Below, one piece after another: positions 1 through 12,744 of a stretch of DNA of 59,456 nt (its first letter is position 1; each line of letters starts with the position of its first letter). Made by a program: the position numbers and the translations under genes. Origin of the DNA: Rhina ancylostomus (Eukaryota); the NCBI GenBank assembly GCA_030265395.1, contig JARFYF010000054.1, positions 22,368,168 to 22,427,623 on the forward strand, written 5' to 3'. The notes under the pieces are model-generated. The model saw only the letters and a list, made by a program, of their open reading frames with translations, had not been told where the DNA came from and did not search any database.

Positions 1-29
1 AGCAGCAATGCAATATGAATTTTTTTTGT

Positions 30-570
30 GGTGGAGGAGCACAGAGGTGGCGGGGTGGCGCTCAAAGCGGACCCAAAAGGGTGAAGGCAGGCCTGGCCTC
101 AAGTGGACCTGGGAGGAAGACGGTAGGGTGAACCAGGCGCAGGGATGGACGGAGCGAAGGGGCAGCAGGGTGAGGTGGGGGGGGGGAGAGGGTGGTCGAT
201 GGCAACATGAAGTGGTGCAGGGCGACGAGCCAGTGCACCAGGTAGGGGAGGGAGCATGACCCAGGCTGAGGAGGCAGAGCAGGGGCGAGGGCGAACCAGG
301 CGGGGCGTGCAGGGAATGGGCGGCGGAGTGGAGCTCAAAGCGGACCTGAAAGAGAGAAGGCAGGGCAGGGTTGAAGCGGACGTGGGAGGAAGACGGTAGG
401 GCGGAGCTCAGGCGGACCCGAAAGGGTGATGGCCGAGCGGACCGTGTAGGGTGAACCCGGTGCAGGGATGGACGGAGCGAAGGGGCAGCCGGTCAAGTGC
501 CGTGTGAGGCGGGGGGGGGGGGGGGATTGGAGGTGGTCCGGACAATGTGAAGAGGGTGAAGCCGAAAACG
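30..570. repeat. G-rich, CpG-rich low-complexity block with internal duplications
   Basis: A 44-bp segment at 123-166 recurs at 446-489 (42/44 identical). gggaggaagacggtaggg occurs at 111-128 and 384-401, and gctcaaagcggacc at 60-73 and 333-346. Long G-runs and many CpGs compared with the rest of the window. Confidence 0.8.
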
Positions 571-576
571 ATGCGG

Positions 577-657
577 TTAAATGGGATTCGTGTAGGTGAG
601 GCGGCATAGACACAGAGGGCCGAAGGGCCTGTTTCTGTGCCGTATGATGCTATGACT
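577..657 (+). mobile_element. 3' tail of HE1 SINE / HER1 (CR1-clade) LINE
   Basis: gggccgaagggcctgtttctgtgccgtatgatgctatgact matches the elasmobranch HE1/HER1 3' end and other copies in the window (e.g. 39010-39058). Confidence 0.75.
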
Positions 658-689
658 AAGAAATTTTCAACCTCTCTGGTTTGAACAAA

Positions 690-2346
690 GGGTTACAGTG
701 ATGACACAGTTACTAAATTACCAGAGTAATCCTGACACCCTAGACTAATGAACTGGAGACCTCAGTTCAGACCCTACTGTGCTACATTTCAAAGTTAAAC
801 TCAGTACATAATTTGGAATTTTTTAAAAGTTTATGAGGAATGATCAGCAGGAAACTACTGTATTGTCAGACAACCCCATTCAATTGATTAATGCCCTTTC
901 GGAGAGAAACTCTCCCATCCTTACCTGGTCTGGCCAACATGTGACTAACAGATCCACCAATATGGTTAATTCATTGCCCTCTGAATCGGAGCAGTCAGAC
1001 ACTCAGATGTACCGTATCCACTGTGTTGAAACAGAGAAAGAATAAGATTGCAAGAAAAATCTGATTATCAACCTCAGCACTGAATACAACACAATAAAGT
1101 TGATCTTGCAAAGTCCTCCTCATGAATGTCTTGAAACTGGTGACTAAATTGAGAGAGCTGTGCCACAGACTGGTTAAGCCACAGCTTGATATGGTTGTCC
1201 ACAAAGAATCACACAAACAACATGCTAGGATCATCTATCATATTTCCTGGGGATGTCCTGTTGTACTATGGGACAGACCCACAGGAGTGTATTCAGGCAT
1301 GTTGGAATAGACATGGGAATCTTCAACCAACATTGACTGGAAACTCCACAAAGTCCACAGAAGTGAGGAAATCACCTCCTGTTTCCAACCCACCGTCCCC
1401 CCTCAGCTGCTGATTGCCAGCACTTGGAAGGAAAAGTAAAGCAGCAGGCATTAGACAGAATGTACTCTGTGCAGAGGACTTGTATATCAATCACAAGAAC
1501 AGCTCGGTAGCATCAATACTAACTGAACTGTAAGTGTCCTGAAGGACACAACTGCCAGATTGGTAAGTAGCAAGTGAACCAACATGATCTCATCTTCAGC
1601 AACCTACCTGTTGCAGATGCATTTGACCATAAAAGCATTGGTAGAATAACAAGGACATAGTCCATAATATTGTGTGATATGACAGTCATGTTGAATGGAA
1701 TAGATGCAGAACAGAACTAGCAGTTCATAACTGGGAACCCATGAGGCACTGTGCACCATCATCAGCAACAGAAATGTACAGTGTAATTATCCGTAATCTC
1801 ATGTCCTGGAATCTCCCTTACTCTATCTTCCCATCAAATTGGGAGATCTGCACTTGTTCAATGAGGAATGTAGAGGGACAGAACCATGTTTATCTGAAAA
1901 CAAGGTGCCAATCTGGGGAAACCACAACACAGGGCAACGTGTGTGCTAAATAGCAAACACAGCAGGCAGTACGCAGTGCCAAGTGATCTCACGCCCATTC
2001 CCTCCACCGCTGGTACACAGAGAGTGCGCGGCATCTGCAAAATTTACTGCAGGTACTCAGCTAGGCTGCTCCAGTCGCACCTCCCAAGCCTGCGATCTTT
2101 ACCACCAGTCAGGACAAAGGCAGCTGGCTCATGAGAACACCACCCTCTGCAGGATTCCCTCCACATCACATACAATCTGGACATGGAAACATATCCCTGT
2201 TCCTTCGTTGTCACTGAATTTAAATCCTTCAATTTCTTACCTAACGCCATTATTGGAGTGCCTTCACCAGAAAGGCTGCAAAGTTTCGAGAAAGTGACTC
2301 ACCAATATCTTCTCAGGGCAATTAGAATGGTTAACTAATGCTGGCT
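690..2346 (+). mobile_element. Decayed CR1-type LINE: tRNA-like 5' head, APE endonuclease remnant and 3' end; RT region missing
   Basis: ORF 1122-1310 (NVLKLVTKLRELCHRLVKPQLDMVVHKES) resembles an APE N-terminus. GDFN-like and DL/SDH-like remnants lie at about 1470-1650. Segment 1995-2346 is homologous to the LINE 3' ends at 45410-45915 (+) and 2870-3230 (-). Confidence 0.7.
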
Positions 2347-2350
2347 AGAG

Positions 2351-2601
2351 CAATTAAACACTGACACTGTACCAAGTAAACTTGTGTCAGGAGGGATTAA
2401 ACACTGACATAATACCAACTTTATAACCAACTGACTCAGTGACAAGAGGGATTAAACCCTGGCACAGCACCAAGTAAACTCAGGATCGAATGGATTATTT
2501 ATTAGCATTCTTCCATGTACCCAGTGACAGGCCGGATTAAACACTGACACCATAGCAAGGGAATTTATGAGGAGAATTTAAACATCACCATGAAACCAAG
2601 A
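2351..2601. repeat. Degenerate minisatellite, unit core GGATTAAACACTGACAC...CCAAG
   Basis: Core recurs at about 2353, 2394, 2449, 2534 and 2577 with irregular spacing. Confidence 0.6.
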
Positions 2602-2869
2602 ATTAATAGGACAGATTACGTCAAGTGGGCAAAACACAAGAGCAGAGGTAAGAAACCCTGAGATGAACGTTGATGAAACTTGTTCCGTTTCTCTAATGGG
2701 TTGTTTGATGCGCTCTTCAGATTTGTTTTCCAAGTGGTGAAGATGAACATTATGCCTAAAACGGTTACGCAGACATTAAGTTCCCTTTATTCACCATGGG
2801 GTGAGCAGACTACTGTAGCAATGTGTCTTTGAGCCTCTGTCAGTACCCTTCAATCTAGTAGTATCCTTT

Positions 2870-3470
2870 TATATTCATATTTGGGATCTGGGTGCTGCCA
2901 CCATTTACTGCCCTTGAGGTGGTGGTGAGCTGCTTTCTCGAACTGCTCTAGTCCTCTGGTACTTCCACAGGTCTCTTGGATGGGAACTTTTAGGATTTAG
3001 ACCCAGCATAGGTGAAGGACTGGCAATACATTTCCAAGTCAGGATGATGTGTGGGGTGGGGGATCTGCAGTTGGTGGTGCTCCCATTCACTTATCCTTCA
3101 GGGTGGTCGAGATCATGGAGTTGGAGGTAGTCAGAGTGACTGTAGAGCATTTTGCAGATGCCACACGCTGCAGCCACTGTGCATCGGTGATGAAGGGAAT
3201 GAAGTTTAGAGTAGTTGAAGGGGTTCCAATCAAGCAGATTGCTTTGTTCTGGGTGGTGTCCAGCTTTTTGAGAGCTGCAGGCACAGCACCAAAACTGGCA
3301 AGTGGAGAGTAGACTATCACATTCCTGATTCATGCCTTGTAGATGCTGGAAAGGTTTTGGAGTGTCAAGGAGGCGAGGCACCTCCTGCAGGATATCCAGC
3401 CTCTCACCTGCTCTTGTAGCCATGGTATTTATATGGTCTAACAGGTTCTATGGTCAATGGTGCCACAATA
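2870..3470 (-). mobile_element. CR1-type LINE 3' fragment (same family as 690-2346)
   Basis: Minus-strand ORFs read LKKLDTTQNKAICLIGTPSTTLN, a typical ORF2 C-terminus. The 3' UTR is the reverse complement of 1995-2346. Confidence 0.75.
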
Positions 3471-4274
3471 TGTGCAGCACCGTGTAAGGACAGGTGAGAA
3501 AGTGAGATGTTTATGGATTTTTCTGACTCCATGAATTGAACTGAGATGCGTGGGGAAGAAAAGGGTCATGGTGGGTGTGTAAAATTGATTCTGTTGCTGT
3601 ACAACAGTATACTGGTTTACCAGGAGACAGTGCCTCTGCTGTTTACGTCATTCCCTTTCCTGTTAAAAGGCAGCTACGTAATAACAGATTCTGCAACTAA
3701 AAGATGTGGAATGAGGAGTCTGAGGCAATTTGCACTAAAGTGCTTTTGGAAAAGTAAATTTAATTCAACATAAACTGTCTCTTCCCTGACCCACCACCAA
3801 ATTTTACGTTATGCCACATTTCACTCTACCTCTAATACGAAGCCGCAATGCATGGAAACTTGTTTTGCTTCCAGCTGGGATAAACCTGTGGAAAAAAAAG
3901 CTTCAAAGGCAATAAAAAGCAAAAAAACAAACATTTCCTGCAGAGAACGGGATCTTCACTGCTCCAAGCATTCTGAAGCCTGTGGTATCAAGTACTTTGA
4001 AATCTTTCTTGGATGAATCGAACTTGATCCGATCCCTGGTGTTAGAGGAAGATCATTATCAGGGAACTATATGCACCAGAGCAACTAAAGCAACTGGTAT
4101 CCAGGTTTCTGTTGTACTTCAGATGGCTGCTGGGATCAGTGCTGCAGTCCCCAGTTATTTTAGCAGGCTCATGCGAGGTTTTTGACAAATATTCCCTTTA
4201 ATGAGGTGTCCATTCACTTGCAACAAGGGACTAGACACACGTGGCGCGGCAGTCAGCGCAGATATTCCTTAAAA

Positions 4275-4400
4275 AAGGCCAAATGTTAGAAAGCTGAAAT
4301 GCAAATAAAAATTACTAAGTAGAGTCAGTAGACCAGGGAGTGCCTGTGGAGAGAGAAATGGAATTAATGTTTCAGGACAGTGACGTTTTGTCAGAACCAA
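4275..4400 (-). mobile_element. Old Penelope-derived terminal repeat fragment
   Basis: ctgtggagagagaaatggaattaatgtttcagg...gtcagaac resembles copies at 21535-21625 and 50840-50920. Confidence 0.55.
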
Positions 4401-4849
4401 ATAATGTGCATTTTATTGTTGCTGGAATAATAGGGATGTGTATTGTTATAGAGGCAAGTGCACTCCTTGCACATTGTACTGCTTCACTCATGTGTAGAAA
4501 TACAGATGGATCTCTTGATGGTACGTGGCCTGTAATCTGAAAATAAAAACAATGTAAGCCACAGACTTGAAGAGGTGTTAATAAGAAACAAAACTCGGGG
4601 CAACAAAAGGTAACTCAAATGAATAAGATTCCCTATCGCACAAATAATGTAAGTGGTCATTTTGACTCTTCAAAAAAAAATTTAACCCAACTTGCGGTGA
4701 TTGTGTTGGCTAAAAGTGCGAATGACTGCCTGCCGTGAACCAGGAGGTCAATGACGTTGTGGAGGAGTTCAGAAAATTTAAGCAAAAACGTGAACTGACT
4801 TTCAACAGTTTACTGAAATGTGAAAGCTACGAAGAAAAGGTCAGCTATA

Positions 4850-5152
4850 TAGACTCATAGAATTATACANNNNNNNNNNNNNNNNNNNNNNNNNNNNNNN
4901 NNNNNNNNNNNNNNNNNNNNNNNNNNNNNNNNNNNNNNNNNNNNNNNNNNNNNNNNNNNNNNNNNNNNNAATTATACAGCACAGAAACAGGCCCTTCAGC
5001 CAATCTTGTCCAGGCCGACCAAGCTGCCTATCTGAGCTAGTCCCATTTGCCTATATTTGGCCCATATCCTTCTGAACCTTTCTTATCCATGTACCTGTCC
5101 GAATGTCTTTAAAACATTGTAATTGTGCCCACCTCTACCACTTCCTCTGGCA
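4850..5152 (-). mobile_element. HER1/CR1 LINE 3' end, spanning a 100-N gap
   Basis: cagcacagaaacaggcccttcagcc...cccatttgcc...ccacttcctctggca is the reverse complement of the HE1/HER1 tail. Confidence 0.75.
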
Positions 5153-5159
5153 ATAAACT

Positions 5160-5262
5160 TGAATGTAAATTCCCGAGCTTCAAAATTGAACTCATGTTTC
5201 TGGAGCAATGGGCCAGAACTCTGGCTGCTGGCCTAGTAACCTAACCATTATGCTACCATACC
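5160..5262 (-). mobile_element. tRNA-like head of the 690-2346 family
   Basis: The minus strand has an A-box, TAGCATAATGG (5245-5255), and similarity to 690-810. Confidence 0.55.
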
Positions 5263-7169
5263 CACTTGTTTATAGATGGGAGAGACTGGATTGAATCTTC
5301 TCAAAAGCTGGGAGGTTATTCTGGAAATCAATGAGTCAACACCTTGAGCTGAAATTAAATCACCAGATCCCCAGATAAAAGTTTGAGTACCTGAGATAGG
5401 AATTGTGTGTGGCTGTGGATGATTTCCTTACAAGGCTTAGAAACACAGGCAACTAATGTATGTTAAAGGAAATGGGTTAGTGAACCAAATTGTTTGGGGA
5501 TCAACATATCAGAGAAAGAGAAAGCTTTAATCCGGAAGGAGAATTTCACCATTACACAGGCTGTAGATACAGCCAGGCACAAGAAGCCACAAATAAACAG
5601 ATGAAGATATGGACCACTCAAACAGCCAACCAAATCAGTTGTGGGAACAGAAGCTGGTCTAACACAATTGGGCAACACAAACAAAAGAATGAAAACTAGA
5701 TTGAAAGAAGAAGTTCTGGACAAGTACATGAGCTCACAGAATACATAAAACCACTCTCCTTATGTGTGGTAAGCTGAGGCACTGGGAGATGTTCAATTCA
5801 CAAGTGAAATCCTGTAGAGGAAATGCCAAAGGAAGAATAAAAAGAGCACTGGAATAGAAATAAAATCTGACCATCCATACAATGGACAATGGCAGGGAAC
5901 TTGAAGATGCAGCAGATATTGGAACCGCATGTGTGCATAGAATCACTGGATGGACCAGCAGATGACTTGGAGCAGAATTCATCTGTAGTCTATTGCAGAA
6001 TAACAAATTAGAGAACATCAGCAGCAGTGCTGGGTGTAACTTCTACAGCAACTGAATTAGCTGCCACTACATCACCAACTTACCATACCAACTCAGTGCT
6101 GAGAGGGTTGACTCCATAAAATAGTGGTATAATATCCCAACACCTGAATGATGTGAATGTTTTTAAAGCTTGCAAATAATGACGCAAAATTTTACAACAG
6201 ATCCATCCAAGTTAAAGGTCTTAAGAAAATGGGGAATTTTTTTACCTAAAAAGGAAAAGTGATTTTATGTAATTGCAGGAAATGGGATCTATGGTATTAC
6301 ATGTAAGTACACTATTAATACTTAGTCCACTGCAATTTTGCACTATTTTCATTATGAAATCACATATTGTATCTCTTGACAGTGCAGGGCTTGTAGTCTG
6401 AAAATAAACACGATGTGAGCCACAAATTTGAGTCATAGAGTGTAATTAGGTAACCAATCTCTGTGAACAAGAGGCAACGGTCTAGAAAGGAAGTATTTCT
6501 TTGTTAATTTACAATCCAAGAGCAGTGCAGATGTGAGGCAGAGCCATAGATTACAGCCACAGGTAGAATTGGCCATTGCTGTTAAACCAGTTTTATACCA
6601 GATGCTCCTCTGTCATTCAGGGAAACCTATTAAATCTCTGCATTGGGAGTTGTCCAACAAAAAAAGAGCTTCTTTGTATATAAACATTGCCGCAACAGTA
6701 ATATGTTGGTTAAAAATAACAAACCCATTAACACCAAGTATTAAGCAACAAGGATTGGAAGCTGGTAAGCACACTCAGCAGTTAACCAAAATCCACACCA
6801 CTTAGAAAGCTCACTCCAAGCTTTCGGGGTGGAAACACTGCTCTGCTGTTCTCCTCCAGCCAACAACCAATATGTTGCCCTCTTAAGGAAGAACTGGGGT
6901 TCCATTCAGACAGGACAGCCCCTTCTGCTTGTGCAAAGTGATTGACAGAGGCTTGGAGATGCATTCATTAATGAATTGATACTGAAGAACTAGAGCTTTC
7001 TTTAAAGTTACCTGTGGGAAATATAGAATATTGATCTCTGCTTCTATTGGTGTCAGGCAAGATTCATTTGCTATTGATGTAAAATTGATGTAGTAGACTT
7101 CAAATTTGCTGCCGAGCAAGAAGAGTGGGCAGTATAAGGATCTAATTCAGTTGTATTGATCAAGTGCCA

Positions 7170-7900
7170 GGCATGGTACAGTGGTTGCACTCTTGCCTGT
7201 GAATGGGAAGATCCTGGGTTTAAGCTTAATTGCAGAGGTCTAAACGTGTGATTCAACCCAACATTTTGGTGCTGCATTAAGAGAATGCTGCATAGTTGGA
7301 GGTTCCTTCTATAGAATAAAGAACATAGAAGAGTACAGCACAGGAACAGGCCCTTTGTCCCACGATGTCTGTGCCAGACATGATGTCAAATCAAACTAAA
7401 TCTCTTCTTGCACACGATCCATATCCCTCCATTCCCTGCATATTCATGTGTCAATCTAAAACCCCCTTAAATGCCACTCTCGTATCTGCCTCCACCACCA
7501 CCCCTGGCAGTACGTTCCAGGCACCCACCACTCTCTGGGTAACAAAAAAACCTTGCCCTGCACATCTCCTTTATACTTTCCCCCTCTCACCTTAAATGCA
7601 TGTCCTCTAGTACTAGACATTTCCACCCTGGGGAAAAGATTCTTACTATCTATCCTGTCTATGCCTCTCATAATTTTATAAACTTATAATGGGAAGAGAT
7701 ATTAACCAAGGGCTATGTAACATGTTCCCAGGGCAAAGAGAAGCAGATAATCTTTCTCGAGATTTATTCCAAAAGTTGAAAAGCTAGTCATTAGCTCACT
7801 ACTATTTTGGGACTTTTAAACTAGCCGCCATATTTTCTATATTGCAATAGTGAGTAAACAGTGTCAGTATTATGTCAGCATGAAGCCCTTTGAAAGCCCT
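7170..7900 (+). mobile_element. DeuSINE-like (SacSINE1/AmnSINE1-type) element interrupted by a CR1 tail
   Basis: tRNA-like head at 7170-7230. The Deu-like domain gaatgctgcatagttggaggt breaks at about 7310 and resumes at about 7690 (gagatattaaccaagg), followed by the tail gccgccatattttctatattgcaatagtga. Confidence 0.55.
7311..7690 (-). mobile_element. HER1/CR1 LINE 3' fragment
   Basis: Minus ORF 7456-7671 (MRGIDRIDSKNLFPRVEMSSTRGHAFKVRGGKYKGDVQGKVF) is a typical CR1 ORF2 C-terminus with the TRGH motif. Confidence 0.85.
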
Positions 7901-9939
7901 TTGGCTGTAGTAATGTCCTATAACAACATAGTTGTTTCTTTAACTGTCTGGTAACTCTTGTCTGCAATTGCTAATTGCGAGGGAGCATTGTGGTGCTTCC
8001 AAGGTTGAATATCCCCACCACCTAGAGTTGTAGTTTGCACTTGAAGAATAAGCAAGTGTGTGGAAGTGCCAGATGGAATTAGGAAAGTAATGGAACATAA
8101 TAGGGAGAGGAGAAAGCAGTCAGTCATAACTGTACCCTTGAAGGAACAAGATTCACTAAATTTGAATGAATTATGCGTGATGAGGCAGTTCTTTTATGTA
8201 TCCAACTTGTGTGGTGAAAGTAATGATCCAGCAACAATGTGGAGAATTAACATACAATCTTATGGAATCGTCAAAATGTTATAGTGCTTCTGGGCATCAC
8301 TGGTGTTCCTGACATATCAGATAATTGGGGACATAAATAAAAACAATGGTTGAAAATATCCAGTGAGATACCTTGAGAGGAACAATCGTGTAAAGTTTTG
8401 AGTAGAGGCTCTTTGTTAGAGTGGTATAGCACTATGCAACAAAACCACTGTGACCTTCAGTTATATAACACTTTTAAAACAGCAAAAGACCCTAAAGCAC
8501 TTAACACGAGTGTTACCAAGAGACAAAACACCACTAAAGTGCAATAAATATATCTGTATACATATCAAATTGTAAATAATTAACATTGTGATATTGTTTA
8601 TAAAAAGTCATTGAAAATCCCAAAACTATTCAGAGCATTTTGCATTTCATAGATTTCAATATTTGCCCCAAGAATCCTTTGGTTTGCTATAGGCTGAGCC
8701 TTTAGAAAAGTACTTTCCTTAGCTTCATGAAGGCTTTTTTCCAGTAAGTATACTGCTCAGTACTTTAACACAAAATACTTGATCACAAGTCATAGTAATT
8801 GGGCATGTTAATTCTGAGTTATGGAGCAGAAAATATCTGTCTCTTGATAACTACTGAAAGATGTGCAATAGAGTTTGTGAGCTCAGTTCCAGATATCCAA
8901 TGAGGTCCAGATTAGGCATGGCTGTTCTGTCACTGCAACTTTGGACAAGTTTTGGAATATTTGATCCCAGTAAAACCTTGTATCTCCAGGTAATAGGGAA
9001 AATCTCTTTGTTTTTTCTGAGTCTGAGCTATTTTTCATGTTATCCATTATACTCCAGAGCTTCTGAAGTAACCTCCACTTGTGCTGCTATTTAAACAGAA
9101 CACTACATGGAAACTAATTTATGCCTCCTCCTTGAAGTGGCAGTGCTGAATTTAATTCAGTATGCAAACACTTGCAATTTGTGACATGATGTATGAAATG
9201 CTTTCTTTTGGCACTCACAATTTGTTGTCGAGCCTCTTACATCAATCAGTCCAAATGCACCATTTAAGAGAGATGACTTTACTGCTACATTCTGCAACTG
9301 TTGTCTGCTCAGCATTTCAAGATTAATATTCTCTCAGTCATCATATTGTGTTTTGCTGACACTCACATCGACTGTTGTGAAGCTGCCCTTATAAGTGCCT
9401 TATTTAAGTCTGGGGAGAAGGATGTGGAGCAGTTTTGATCCTCAGCAATGCAGAGCACGGGCAATATATTCTTGTCTTCTTCGTCAGGGAGATTCTTTCT
9501 CTTTTCAGATGAAGATGCGTGGGGAGCTGACAGAGTGGAACGAGTTAGATTGGGTTTTACTGAACTGTAAAAAGTGCACTTTCTGTTGGTGGTCCATGGC
9601 AAATGATGACGGACAGAGCTGGAGTCTGTCTAGGACAGCAAGGTGCTGCTGAGGGCAACATTATAAATGCAGGAATCTTCTGACAATGCAAAGTCATTCT
9701 TTATCCAATAGGACTTTGAAATATTTGAATTAAAAGAACATAAAATGCTTTTTCAAAAACCCAATTGAATTTCAGTTATCTTATAATCAGTGTCCCTGTC
9801 GAAGGTGACCGCATTTTTATTGGCTGTTGATAAACCCAAGGGCAAAATACAGAAGAGGAAGAGATAAGGTCATCAGAGTGGGAACGGAAGCCGTTCCCCG
9901 GGGATGATCTCGCTACAATTGGATAGATAACAGTGAAGT

Positions 9940-10135
9940 CATGTGAGGGCAGTCCCACTGAATTGGAAAACGAGAGAGTTGTTGGAGGAGAACACCATGA
10001 TTGACCTTGTCAAGGGTTTGGGGGAGGTCGAGGAGGACAAGTGGGATAGAGCGCCGTGGTCATAGACAGCGGATGTTACCTTGGCGGAGGCTGTTTCACT
10101 GCTTCTGTGAAGTGGAAAGCTGAACACTTAAGCAA
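9940..10135 (-). mobile_element. L2-clade LINE RT fragment
   Basis: Minus ORF FSFPLHRSSETASAKVT resembles GFRPxHSTETALxKVT. A frameshifted LLDLxxxFDxVxH follows. Confidence 0.65.
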
Positions 10136-12029
10136 CCTTGAATGAACGGGAGAGGTGGTTTACTACAGTTTTCCTAAAAAAGGTCTTGTCAGCAAAGCTT
10201 TAATTTATGTTATAAAGTATTACAGTTGCTGCCAAAGTTGAACATTTTGTGTTGGCTAAGCAGAAATTTTGTTGTAATCTTTACTACAAACTCACAAAAA
10301 TATGATCCATATTACCCACTGAACTCTCTCCTTCATGGATGACCTTTAACTTCCAGGGAGCAACTTTGGTGCAGGTGTCTTGTATGTAGATACATACAGA
10401 CCGAGTTTTCTATCTATTGAGATAATTTAGAATTTAGTCAGAACAAACTTCCCTTCCTAGATACATTCAGCAGAGCAGCATTGTGATTAGTTCAGACAAC
10501 TGGAGTAGAGTGATTTCAGGGTTGAGAAGGACTCATAATTTTCATGTCCATACACATTAGGTTAGTGTTAAGCAGCTTATGGCTTCAATAAACACATTAG
10601 GCCTGTAGCAACAGTTCCAGCTTCTTGAGACCTCTTGAACAGGGATTGTAGCTAATTGGTTTCATTAATGTGCAATAAAGTCAAGAGAATTGTAACCCTC
10701 TTTTTCACATTTCCATTATTAATATTAGGATCTCTTTGGATAAGTAAAAGCTGAGGCTATCGCCACAGAAACAACTGCCAAGAAATTCCAGTGCACCAGT
10801 AGGGTCCCCTTGAATGCCACAGATGAGGGGATGAAGACCATTTTAATCCACCATATTAAGCGTCACTGCATCTGAGGTCTAGACCGGGCATTGCAAGTTC
10901 TTGCAGGTAAAAAATATGCCGCCTGGCTCTTGTTTCCCAAGGCCAGACTCTAGAGGTTGTAGGTCACAGATTCAGTTCGAGAGGATTGGTGGCATTGGAA
11001 GCTGACGAGTGGGGGATGTTGTGGGTTGTAACCCGAGACCAGGAGCAAAGCAGTATTATCAGGATCATTTGCAAAATGGGGGTGATTGGGACCATCGAGA
11101 GGAATTGCAGGATCAGAAAGGATTGGGGGTATGCAGTTGGGTAGAGACCAGAATTGGGGTGTACCAGATTATTTGCCTTTTGATTAGCTTACAGGCCTCC
11201 CAGATTAGCATTGCAGGTTTTCAAACCATGTTGTCCTAGAAGTGCTGAACAATGGGGTGTTACCAGGATGATGTGGTCCAAGTTCACTTGCATTTTATTA
11301 CATTGGGAATGATGTCATGCTCTGCAGCCCGTGACATGTAAGTAGCATTGGGCTTGCAGGAGTGACTAACATTGGAAATGCCTGGTTGAATTTTCTGAGT
11401 ATACAAATGACCCAGAAATGCCGATTGCTGTATTTCACTCCGGAAAATATCGACTTTCAACTGCTTAATGCTGAAAGGAAAAACAGCACTCTGCAATTGA
11501 ATTGTTCATCCCCAGTAAAGAATTTATAGTCACTAAACAGTCTTAATTAAGTATTTGCATTTTTCACAGTAACATTGATTTGACTTTTTCTGGATAAAAC
11601 CACCACTCCTGAGTCAGGTTGGTGTCAGATTGGTGCTATGTGTGTCTGTCCTGCAGGATTTGAGATTACACCTGCTCATTTCCCAGTAGGGGGTAGACTC
11701 ATTGATTTGGACTGAATATGAAGCTCGGGGTCACAGGCTGAAGGTTCACAGAGCAGCTGGCTGCATCAACTAGTTTTCATGAAAGTTCTCATTGATCCTG
11801 AAAAGTGCTGAGTACATGATAAGGGCACTACATTGCGCAGAGATGGGCTTTTCGGCCCAACAGCACATGCCAGCATTTATACTTTGTGTGTCCTCTGCTT
11901 GCTCATTTCCTTTAGATCGGTCATGGTTTTCTTCCATCACATGCCCAGCCAGTTTCCCCTTGTTATGATATTCACCTTAATTTAGCAAAGTTCCACTTTC
12001 TTATCTCTTGATTCTTGATTTATTAATCT

Positions 12030-12200
12030 TCCAGAGTTGTTGAGTATGGGAACAGGCCCACTGGCGCACCAGCTACACGCTGACCATCAAGTGCCTATTT
12101 ACATTAATCTTATACTCATGTTCCACATTCCCACCAAGTCCCCCTCCAGAGTGTATCACTCACCTGCACACTCGGCATTTTATAATGGCTGTCAGTTTTG
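12030..12200 (-). mobile_element. HE1-like SINE fragment
   Basis: Similar to the minus-strand copies at 30875-31135 and 40441-40745. Confidence 0.55.
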
Positions 12201-12744
12201 TACTGTCCACGTGGAAGTTCTTCTGCGTGTCCACAGAATGGAAGCCCTTCAAAATTAAAAAGAACTCCATCAGGTCACCTCACTTTTCCAGAGAGGGGAA
12301 CCCCATTGAGTACCTGGAAGCTGTACCCTCATCATTATTGTGAATCATTTTCTCCGTCCTCCAGTGTTTTTCTGGTCTTTATTGAGACCAGAACTGTGTA
12401 AAAAATACTCTTAAATATCACTGAACCAAGGCTCTTCTTTTGAAGTCACTTCTCTGTTCTTGGATTCCAATGTAACTTTATCCAACTATGATGGATTGCA
12501 TTCCATTTTAAGTACAACCGTGGTATGGCAAGAGACAGCATGCCCAGTGGAATATTGGGTTGTCCACACCATTACTTGTTCCAGTCACCCTATAGCTGTG
12601 AAGAGGTTATTTATCTCAGATGGTTAGTGCAGAATTAGAGAGCAAAGGTTTACAGGAACATATCACAAGCTGCCCTGGAGGTTTTAATGGAGCTTCCTTC
12701 AAGAGAAGTGGTCTCAGGTAATTACTTAAAGTAACTGAAAATAA

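Noticed and set aside
2351-2601. CRISPR-like repeat-spacer array
   Set aside because: The repeats are degenerate and irregularly spaced, the context is vertebrate, and there are no cas genes.
5460-6120. Purine-rich stretch as a coding exon
   Set aside because: Stops in all frames. Probably a very old LINE fragment that I cannot classify.
9509-9642. Exon after the strong acceptor ttctttctcttttcag
   Set aside because: No good donor and no family similarity.
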